Assembly (NCBI RefSeq): GCF_009914755.1 | Contig: NC_060936.1 | Source of the DNA: the human T2T-CHM13v2.0 reference genome, Homo sapiens | Length of the DNA: 64,000 nt | Reading direction: 5' to 3' (one strand) | Made by a program: the position numbers and the translations under genes | Notes under the pieces: model-generated | Databases searched by the model: none | What the model was told of the DNA's origin: nothing | What the model saw: the letters and a program-made list of their open reading frames with translations, nothing else | In this document: positions 54,365-64,000 of the stretch, one piece after another | How positions within the stretch are numbered: position 1 is the first letter of the stretch | How the letters are laid out: the number at the start of each line of letters is the position of its first letter

Positions 54365-54402
<38 letters not shown>
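54365..54402. repeat. (AC)19 microsatellite inside L1 ORF2
   Basis: Read directly from the sequence. Confidence 0.97.
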
Positions 54403-54406
<4 letters not shown>

Positions 54407-56727
54407 CAAAACAACTACAGACCAATATCCCTGATGAAAATTGATGTAAAAATCCTCAACAAAATACTAGCAAACCAAATTCAACCACACATGACAAAGA
54501 TCATTCATCATGACCAAGTGGGATTTATCCCAGAGATGCAAGGATGGTTCAACATATGCAAATCAATTGATGTGATACATCATATGAAGAGAATGAGGGG
54601 CAATAACCATATACGATTATTTCAATTGTGCTGAAAAAGCATTTGATAAATTTCAATGTTAATTCATGATAAAACCCCTCAAAAACAGGATAGAAGGAAC
54701 ATAACACAATAAAAGCCATGTATGACAGACCCACAGCTAGTATCAAACTGAATGGGGACTTCCAAGCCTTTCCTCTAAGATCTGGACCATGACAAGGATA
54801 TCCACTTTCAACACTTTTATTCAACATAGTACTGGAAGTCCTAGGTAGAGCAGTCAGACAAGGGAAAGAAATACAGGCCATCTAAATTTGAATGGAAGAA
54901 GTCAAATTATCTTTGTTTGCAGGTAATATGATCTTATGTTTGCAAAAACCTAAAGACTCCAGCAAAAAACTATTAGAACTGATAAACAAATTTAGTATAG
55001 TTGCAGAATATGAAATCAGCGTACAGAAATCAGTAACATTATTGTATCCCAACAGTGAACAATCTTAGAAATCAAGAAAATAATCCCATCTACAATAGCT
55101 ACATAAAATTAAATATGTAGTAATTAACCAAAGAAGTAAAAGATCTCTGCAATAAAAATGATAAAACATTGAAAGAAGTTCAAGAAGACACAAAAAAAGC
55201 AAAAATATTCCATGTTAATGGATTGGAAGAATCAATATTGTTAAAATGTCCATATTAACCAAAGCAATCTACAGATTCAATGCAATCTCCATCAAAATTC
55301 CAATTAGATTCTTCACAGAAATAGAAAAAACAATTTTAAAATGTAAGTAGAACCAGAAAAGACCCAGAATATCCAAAGCTGTCTTGAGAAAAAGGAACAA
55401 AACTGGAGGAATCACATTATCTGACCTCAAATTATGCTGTAGACCCACAGTAAACAAAACAGCACAGTACTGGCATAAAAGCACACACATAGACCAATGG
55501 AACAAAATAGAGAACCCAGAAACAAACCCATACATCTACAGTGAACTCATTTTCAACAAAGGTACTAAAGAACATACACTGGAGAAAGGACAGTCTCTTC
55601 AATTAATGGTGCGGGGAGAACTGGATATCCATATGCAGAAGAATGAAACTAGATTGCTGTCTCTTGCCACATACAAGAATCAAATAAAAATGGATTAAAG
55701 ACTTGAATCTAAAACCTCAAACTAAGAAACTATTAAAAGAAAACATTGTAGAAACTCTCCAGGACATTGAACTCGGTAAAGATTTCTTGAGTAATACCTC
55801 TCAAGCACAGGCAACCAAAGCAAAAATGGACAAGTGGCATCGTATCAAGTTAAAAAGCTTCTGCACAGTAAAGGAAATAATCAACATAGTAAAGAGACAA
55901 CCCACAGAATAGGAGAAAATATTTGCAAACTATCCATCTGACAAGGGTCTAATAATCAGAACATACAAGGAGCTTAAACAACTCTATATGAAAGAAGTCT
56001 AATAATCTGATCAAATAATGGGCAAAAGATCTGAATAGACATTTCTCACTCAAAAGGAGACTTGAAAATGGCAAACAGGTATATGAAAAAGTGCACTAAA
56101 TTGGAGAAATGCAAGTGAAAACTACAATTAGATACTATCTCATCCAAGTTAAAATGGCTTTTATCCAAAAGACAGGCAATAACAAATGCTAGAAAGGATG
56201 TAGAGAAAAGGGAACCCTTGTACAGTGTTAGTGGGAATGTAAATTAGTACCACCACTATGAAGAACAGTTTGGAGGCTCCTCAAAAAATCTAAAAATAGA
56301 GGTAGTGTATGATCCAGCAGTCCCACTGCTAGGTATATACCCAAAAGAAAGGAAATGAGTGTATCCAAGAGATATCTACTCTACTGTGTTTCTTGCAGCT
56401 ATTCATAATAGCCAAGTTGTGGAAGAAACCTAAGTGTCCATCAAAGATAAATGGATAAAGAGAATGTGGCACTTATAGACAATAGAGTACTATTCATCCA
56501 CAAAAAGGAATAAGACTTTGTCATTTGCAACAACATGGATGGAACTGGAGTTCAATTATGTTATGTGAAACAAGCCAGACATAGAAAGAGAAATTCTGCA
56601 TGCTCTCACTTATTTGTAGGGGCTAAAAATGAAGACAGTTGAGCTCATGGAGATAGAGAGTAGAATGATGGTTACCAGAGGCTGGGAAGGGTAATGAAAA
56701 GGTGGGGGATGGGAGGATGGTTAATGG

Positions 56728-57084
56728 CAATGGGCCCCAACATTTTTGGCACCAGGACCAGTTTTATGGAAGGCAAATTTTCTACTAATGGGGGAGGGGG
56801 AATGAGAGGGGATGGTTTTGCGATGAAACTGTTTCACTTCAGATACCTCATATCATCAGGTGTTAGATTCTCATAGGGAATGCACAACCTAGATCCCTCA
56901 CATGTGCAGTTCACAATAGGGTTTGCCATCCTATGAGAATCTAATGCCGCTGCTGATCTGACAGGAGGCAGCGCTCAGACTGTAATGCTCATTGACCCGC
57001 TGCTCACTTTCTGCTTTGTGGCCCAGTTCCTAACAGGCCACGGACCAGTACCAGTCCCTGGCCCCTGGGGATTGGGGACCCCTG
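56728..57084 (+). mobile_element. MER1B hAT-Charlie MITE inserted in the L1MA 3' UTR
   Basis: Termini caatgggcccc / ggggacccctg; internal cacaacctagatccctcacatgtgcagttcacaatagg; 8-bp TSD gtt(a/t)atgg at 56720-56727 and 57085-57092. Confidence 0.92.
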
Positions 57085-57714
57085 GTTTATGGATAGAAAA
57101 ATACAGAATGAATAAGATCTAGTATTTGATAGGACAATAGAGAGACTTTGGTCAATAATAATTTAATTGTACATTTTAAAATAACTGAAAGTGTATTATT
57201 GGATTGTTTGTAACACAAAGGATAAATGCTCTAGTTGATGAATATCTTATTTTACTTGATGTGATTATTATGCATTATGTGCGTGTATATATATATCAAA
57301 TATCTCATATACCCCATTAATATATATATATACCTACTGTGTACTCACAATTTTTTTAAGTATATGTGATGCATGGATAGTTAGAGTTATATGTGGGAGA
57401 ATTAGATCTGATTTATAAGGTTACGTTAATATATCCCTCTCTTAGGGGCATGCATATTTGTTAATACTAACTCCTGGTTGAGGAATTTCTGCTCTGGGAT
57501 CAAGTGGCACAAGAGTTTCGTGTAAGCCTTAAGTTTTAATCTCATTGATTTTGGTGAGCTCAAAATCTATATGATAAAATTGCAATATGCCTGGTGGGTG
57601 TTCTTGTGTTAAGGTTTGTGAAATTAGGATTAAAGACTCACATTTTTGTATATATTTCCCTCTAAGCCATATTCTTATTATTTGTCCCAAGAACTCCCTT
57701 TCTTTGACTTACAT

Positions 57715-58680
57715 CTACCCCATGCCCTTGGTAACCACTGTGTGATAATGCAGCATTTTGCTTTCTATGTCTGGCTTATTTCGCTTAGCATAATATCCTA
57801 CAGGTTCATCCATGTTCTGGCAAATGCAGAATTTCCTTTTTAAAGGCTGAATAATATTTTAGTGTGTGCATGTTTGTGTGACTATATCTCACAGTTTCCT
57901 TATTCATTCACCTGCTGATGGATACTTTGGTTGTTTCCATATCTTGTGTATTGTGAATAGTGCTTCAATGAACATGGGAGTGCAGATATCTTTACAGGAT
58001 GATTTTCATTTCTTTTGAGTATATATCCAGAAGAGGAATTGCTGAGTCTTACGGTAGTTCTAGCTTTAATTTCTTTAGGAACTTCCATATGCTTTCCATA
58101 ATGGCGTCACCAATCTACATTCTCCCCAACAATGTACAAGGGCATCCTTTTCTCCACATTTGTGCCAATACTTTTTACATCTTGTCTTTTTGATAATAGC
58201 TGTCCTTACTGGTGTGAGGTGATATCTCATTGCAGTTTTGACTTGCATTTCCCTGATGTTTAGTGATGTTGAGCATCTTTGCATGTAACTGTGGGCTATT
58301 TTTATATCTTCTTTAGAGAGATGTCTATTCAGATCCTTTGGCTTACTTGTTTTTATGCCATTGGACAGTGTGAACTCATTATATATTTTGGATATTAACA
58401 ATTTATCAGATATATGATTTGCAAATATTTTTTCCCAATCTGTAGGCTGTCTTTTCATTTTGTTAATTGTTTCCTTTGCTGCACAGAAGCTTTTTAGTTT
58501 GATGGAGTCCCATTTATTTATTTTTGCTTTTGTAGCCTGAGCTTTTGGTGTGCTATCCAAAAAGCATTGCCTAGACCAATGTCAAGAGGCTTCTCCCCTG
58601 TTTTCCTTCAAGGAGTTTCATGGTTTCAGGTCTTAAAGTTAGGTCTTGTATCCATTTTGATTTTTATGTAATGTATAAGA
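57715..58680 (-). mobile_element. L1MA8/L1MA9/L1MB-type fragment (ORF2 C-terminus plus 3' UTR)
   Basis: Track ORF 58075-58560 ([16 protein letters not shown]...HCWGEC) is the ORF2p C-terminal region. Confidence 0.85.
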
Positions 58681-59339
58681 GCAAGAACTCCTGAAAAAGG
58701 GCTGAAGTTGAAGTTCAAGTTTTCTAAGTTTTCTACTCATGGTTGCCAAGTATCTCTTTATTCAGTTGTATTTAGTGACCACGTCTAGGAGTTACAACAT
58801 GTAACTAAGATAATCTTAAAGGAGGTTGTTTATCAGCAGGAAACTTACCATCCAGTAAGATGTGATGGGCATATTTTTGTCAATAGGACCTTCCTGAACT
58901 GTGGCTAGAACCCGAGGGTTCAGAAAGAATGGCAGTGTTGTTTTTCTTTTATTTATTTTTTTCTCAACATGTTGTATTTTTGTGTTTTATGTGCGCTTAA
59001 CAGCTCTGTGTGCAGTTTTATTTACTTCTAAACTAAGCAAATAAAACAAACTCTGGGATAAAGTGCTAAGGGAGTGAGCCACAGGGAACACATTATACTG
59101 AGGTGCTTCACTCCATGGGCTCTGGCTGCCAATTTGCTTCCAAGTGCAATTCAGGAAGCTGGTTATGGTCTATCAAGCCCTAGATAATCTGGGCCTTGTT
59201 CACCCCGATAATTAGCTCTTTCTTTTTATACCATCACCACCATTAATCATGACCCATCATTCTCATGCAGTATATGGGGATGTTCTGCAGTACCTCATTC
59301 GATGAGCTCTTTGTACAACAATGCTCCACTTGTTTGTAA

Positions 59340-59460
59340 TGAGAGGCAGAGTAGAGTAGTGGTTATGAGCTGGACTTTGTGATACTGGGGTTCCAACTTC
59401 AGCTTCAACTATTATGCGGTAACAGTTGTGGGATGTTGGTCAACTTATTACAGTTACTGG
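59340..59460 (+). mobile_element. MIR fragment
   Basis: gaggcagagtagagtagtggttatgagctggacttt...ctggggttccaa. Confidence 0.55.
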
Positions 59461-59700
59461 TACTGTTAACTATAATAGCAAACACATACACTACTATGTG
59501 TGAGATACTGTTCTACCTTTTAACAAACATTAATTTTTAAGTTATTACTCCCAACCCTATCTCACAGGAATTGTTATTATTATCTCCATTTAATAGATGA
59601 TAAAACCAAGAAAAATTACTGAAACTCTGATTCTTAGATTCTTTAACTGGAAAGTGAGAATAACAAGAGTACTAGTACTAACTTAATAATAATGTGATAA

Positions 59701-59976
59701 CAGGAACAGAAAACTAAACACCTCATGTTCTCACTCATAAGTGGGAGTTGAACAATGAGAACACAGGGACTTAGGGAAGGGAACATCACGCACTGGGGTC
59801 TGTTGAGGGGTGGGGACAAGGGGAGGGAGAGCATGAGGACAAATACCTAATGCATGTGGGGCTTAAAACTTAGATGACAGGTTGATAGGTATGGTAAGCC
59901 ACCATGACACATGTATACCTATGTAATAAACCTGCACATTCTGCACTTGTATCCCAGAACTTAAAGTAAAATAAAT
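59701..59976 (+). mobile_element. Short 5'-truncated L1PA8/10-type 3' end
   Basis: ggacaaatacctaatgcatgtggggcttaaaac...tatcccagaacttaaagtaaaat; TSD aa(t/c)aat(a/t)atgtgataa at 59685-59700 and 59977-59992. Confidence 0.9.
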
Positions 59977-62235
59977 AACAATTATGTGATAAGGATTAAA
60001 TGAGATTTTAAAAATATGCTGCCTTTTATTAAACATGTACTCAATATTAGCTATTAATGTGATAGTGTATCTGGTATAAATATTACGGTAAATATATATT
60101 TTCCCACTAAATATGTATGTATAAATATATATAATATATAATTTTTATATATTATAAAAGCTTTTAAATCTTCTTGGAAAAGTGACCAAGTCTGATGTAT
60201 TTTGAATTGATACTTTGGGTGTTCTATTATCACTTGAGATAATATAAAAGTATGTGTATGGATGTATGTTTTGTACCTTGTTTTTAATCTAAAACCATCC
60301 ATTTCATCCATGTGGACAAGGAAATCACTTTTTTTTGCTTATTTGAGGGGAGAGTCATTGTTAACTCCCAGATTCATGGGAATTTTGGCATCTGTGAGGG
60401 TTTTTGAGCAGTGATTCTATTTTGCTCTAGATATGACAACCGTCAGAGGAAGATGTCCATTGCATGAGTGTGTTCTATGGCTGAGACCTAATAGAGCACT
60501 TTCTATGGAAAGTATATTTAATATTTGGAAGAGCTCAGATGAAACACATGCATTTAATAATCTACCGTACTTCAATTCTTCTATTTTAGTTGTTTAAAAA
60601 AGGAGAGGAAAAGTACTTGCTATTTGGAAAACTCTTCATGTTTTACCATGCCCTTGTCATTATAATATTGTCCAGTTATTTCACGTTTTGGAAATGGACC
60701 ATAGAAGCAGTCATTTAACTGGATTTGTGTATAAACATTCAGCAACTGTAATGAAATCAATGTTTTATCTGCTTTTCTAAGATCACATGATATCTTTGTA
60801 TGTGGTTAAAGTACTTAGAAAGAAAACACCACCTAATCAAAAGAAATCTGATAATCATTTCCCATATCTGAATCTTCTGTCCCAACTTGTTTGCAAAAAT
60901 TAAGGCACCCGAACATTCATTTTAACTTTGTTTGGTTCATTGTTTAGTTGCACATTTTCAATGCTAAAGCTGCTCTTTAACCTAACCTCTTATGTGATAA
61001 TTATTAATTATTTTCTCCAAGTTGTTTGTGGACCCACAGATCCATGATAATAATTAGATTGTTGATAGTAAGAGAAAAATCAGAAGGAAGGATAAAATAT
61101 TGAAAATTTGACTCCCTATAGCAGATTGACCCACTTTATTGAGAATAACAGTACACTGTAGAGTGAAAAAATGGGGAGGTCACTATCATAGACTGGGGTG
61201 GCCAGGGTAGAAAAAATATAAAGGGAAGATGGTCGAATAGGGACAGCTCCAGTCTACAGCTCCCAGCATGAGCAATGCAGAAGATGGGTGATTTCTGCAT
61301 TTCCAACTGAGGTACCAGGTTCATCTCACTGGGGCTTGTCAGACAGTGGGTGCAGCCCATGGAGTGTGAGCCGAAGCAGGGCCGGGAATTGCCTCACCAG
61401 GGAAGCGCAAGGGGTCAGGGGTCAGGGAATTCCCTTTCGTAGCCAAGGGAAGCCATGACAGATGGTACCAGGAAAATTGGGACACTCCCACCCTAATACT
61501 GCGCTTTTCCAACCGTCTTAGCAAATGGCACACCAGGAGATTATATCCCATGCATGGCTTGGAGGGTCCCACACCCACAGAGCCTTGTTCACTGCTAGCA
61601 CTGCAGTCTGAAATTGAACTGCAAGGCTGTGGACGAGGCTGGGGGAGGGTTGTCTGCCATTGCTGAGGCTTGAGTAGGTAAACAAAGCGGCCGGGAAGCT
61701 CGAACTGGGTGGAGCCCACCACAGCTCAAGGAGGCCTGCTTGCCTCTGTAGACCCCACCTCTGGGGACAGGGCATAGCCAAACAAAAGGCAGCAGAAACC
61801 TCTGCAGACTTAAATGTTCCTGTCTGACAGCTTTGAAGAGAATAGTGGTTCTCCCAGCACGGAGTTTGAGATCTGAGAATGGACAGATTGCCTCCTCAAG
61901 TGGGTCCCTGACACCTGAGGAGACTAACTGGGAGGCACCTCCCAGTACGGGCCAACTGACACCTCATACGGCCGGATGCCCCCCTGAGATGAAGCTTCCA
62001 GAGGAAGGATCAGGCAGCAATATTTGCCATTCTGCAATATTTGCTGTTCTGCAGCCTCTGCTGGGGATACCCAGGCAAACAGGGTCTGGAGTGGACCTCC
62101 AGCAAACTCCAACAGACCTGCAGCTGAGGGTCCTGACTGTAAGAAGGAAAACTAACAAACAGAAAGGACATCCACTCCAAAACCACATCTGTACGTCACC
62201 ATCATCAAAGACCAAAGGTAGATAAAACCACAAAG

Positions 62236-63258
62236 ATGGGGAGGAACCAGAGCAGAAAAGCTGAAAATTCTAAAAATCAGAGCGCCTCTTCTCCTCCAAA
62301 GGAATGCAGCTCCTTGCCAGCAATGGAACAAAGCTGGACGGAGAATGACTTTGACAAGTTGAGAGAAGATGGCTTCAGACGTTTGGTAATAACAAACTTC
62401 TCTGAGCTAAAGGAGGATGTTAGAACCCATCGCAAAGAAGTTAAAAACCTTGAACAAAGATTAGACGAATGGCTAACTAGAATAACCAGTGTAGAGAAGA
62501 CCTTAAATGACCTGATGGAGCGGAAAACCATGGCACGAGAACTATGTGACCCATGCACAAGCTTCAGTAGCCGATTTGATCAAGTGGAAGAAAGGGTATC
62601 AGTGATTGAAGATCAAATGAATGAAATGAAGTGAGAAGAGAAGTTTAGAGAAACAAGAGTAAAAAGAAATGAAGAAACCTTCCAAGAAATATGGGACTAT
62701 GTGAAAAGACCAAATCTATGTCTGACTGGTGTACCTGAAAGTGATGGGGAGAATGGAACCAAGTTGGAAAACACTCTTCCGGATATTATCCAGAACTTCC
62801 CCAATTTAGCAAGGCAGGCCAACATTCAAATTCAGGAAATACAGAGAATGCCACAAAGATACTCCTCGAGAAGAGCAACTCCAAGACACATAATTGTCAG
62901 ATTCACCAAAGTTGAAATGAAGGAAAAAATGTTAAGGGCAGCCAGAGAGAAAGGTCGGGTTACCCACAAAGGGAAACCCATCAGACTAACAGTGGATCTC
63001 TCTACAGAAACTCTGCAAGCCAGAAGAGAGTGGGGGCCAATATTCAGCATTCTTAAAGCAAAGAATTTTCAACCCAGAATTTCATATCCAGCCAAACTAA
63101 GCTTCACAAGTGAAGGAGAAATAAAATCCTTTACAGACAAGCAAATGCTGAGAGATTTTGTCACCACCAGGCCCGCAATACAAGAGCTCCTGAAGGAAGC
63201 ACTAAACATGGAAAGGAACAACCAGTACCAGCAACTGCAAAAACATGCCAAATTGTAA
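62236..63258 (+). pseudogene. L1 ORF1p with a single in-frame nonsense codon at 62632-62634
   Basis: MGRNQSRKAENSKNQSASSPPKE... and ...RPNLCLTGVPESDGE...QKHAKL lie in the same frame; the TGA likely arose by CGA deamination. Confidence 0.9.
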
Positions 63259-63321
63259 AGACCATCGATGCTAGGGAGAAACTGCATCAACTAATGAGCA
63301 AAATAACCAGTTAACATCATA

Positions 63322-64000
63322 ATGAGAGGATCAAATTAACACATAATAATATTAACCTTAAATATAAATGTGCTAAATGCTCCAATTAAAAGACACAGAC
63401 TGGCAAATTGGACAGAGTCAAGACCCATCAGTGTGCTGTATTCAGGAGACCCATCTCACATGCAGAGACACACATAGGCTCAAAATAAAGGGATGGAGGA
63501 AGATCTATCAAGCAAATGGAAAACAAAAAAAAGCAGGGGTTGCAATCCTAGTCTCTGATAAAACAGATGTTAAACCGACAGAGATCAGAAGAGACAAAGA
63601 AGGCCATTACATAATGGTAAAGGGAATCAATTGAACAAGAAGAGCTAACTATCTTAAATATACATGCACCCAATACAGGAGCAACCAGATTCATAAAGCA
63701 AGTCCTTAGAGACCTACAAAGAGACTTAGACTCCCACACAATAATAATGGGAGACTTTAACACCCCACTGTCAACATTAGACAGATCAATGAGACAGAAA
63801 GTTAACAAAGATATCCAGGAATTGAACTCAGCTCTGCACCAAGTGGACCTAATAGACATCTACAGAACTCTCCACCCCAAATCAACAGAATATACATTCT
63901 TCTCAGCACCACATCACACCTATTCCAAAATTGACCACACAGTGGGTAGTAAAGCACTCCTCAGCAAATGCAGAAAAACATAAATCATAACAAACATTTT
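63322..64000 (+). pseudogene. L1 ORF2p endonuclease domain, disrupted
   Basis: ATG AGA GGA TCA AAT TAA (early stop); later frameshifted pieces CCIQETHL, KAGVAILVSDK, GDFNTPLS and YSKIDH. Confidence 0.9.

Larger units (their letters stand above)
49285..57357 (+). mobile_element. Near-full-length old LINE-1 (L1MA1-L1MA3 class, L1M1-type 5' UTR), fully decayed ORFs
   Basis: 5' gaggcagaacaagatgacc; long repeat-containing 5' UTR; ORF1 remnants near 51.2-52.2 kb and ORF2 remnants near 52.7-56.6 kb (e.g. [21 protein letters not shown]); L1MA-type 3' UTR; candidate TSD aagtatat(a/g)tgat at 49260 and 57358. Confidence 0.9.
61223..64000 (+). mobile_element. L1PA4/L1PA5-type LINE-1 with intact 5' end, continuing beyond the window
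   Basis: aagatggtcgaatagggacagctcc 5' end, about 1-kb 5' UTR, ORF1, 63-nt spacer, ORF2 endonuclease. Confidence 0.95.

Noticed and set aside
58075-58560. 161-aa ORF with a Cys/His cluster
   Set aside because: This is the C-terminal region of L1 ORF2p in an old antisense L1 fragment, with no evidence of domestication.

Overview
AT-rich primate (human-like) non-coding DNA, intronic or intergenic, dominated by transposable-element fossils. Present are about a dozen Alu copies (J, S and Y types); many MIR and L2 fragments; MLT1 and LTR40 LTRs; hAT and TcMar DNA transposons (MER5A, MER33, MER3, MER20, MER2, MER1B, Charlie1); and three large LINE-1 blocks. The L1 blocks are a 5'-truncated L1PA8-type element carrying a nested L1PA7-type insert (24.8-30.2 kb), a near-full-length old L1MA-type element (49.3-57.4 kb), and the 5' half of an L1PA4/5-type element running off the right edge. 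I recognise no host protein-coding gene, RNA gene, CpG island or CRISPR-like structure. Nearly all long ORFs in the track are L1 or Alu derived. I found no convincing new biological system. The most noteworthy observations are: (i) a TSD-flanked nested L1 that keeps both termini but lost its interior at a 6-bp microhomology; (ii) several clear template-switch or templated-insertion scars readable against repeat consensus; (iii) a microsatellite apparently born at a duplication junction; (iv) a few unverified candidate exons. Subfamily names come from recalled consensus motifs, not a RepeatMasker run. Boundaries of old repeats are approximate.
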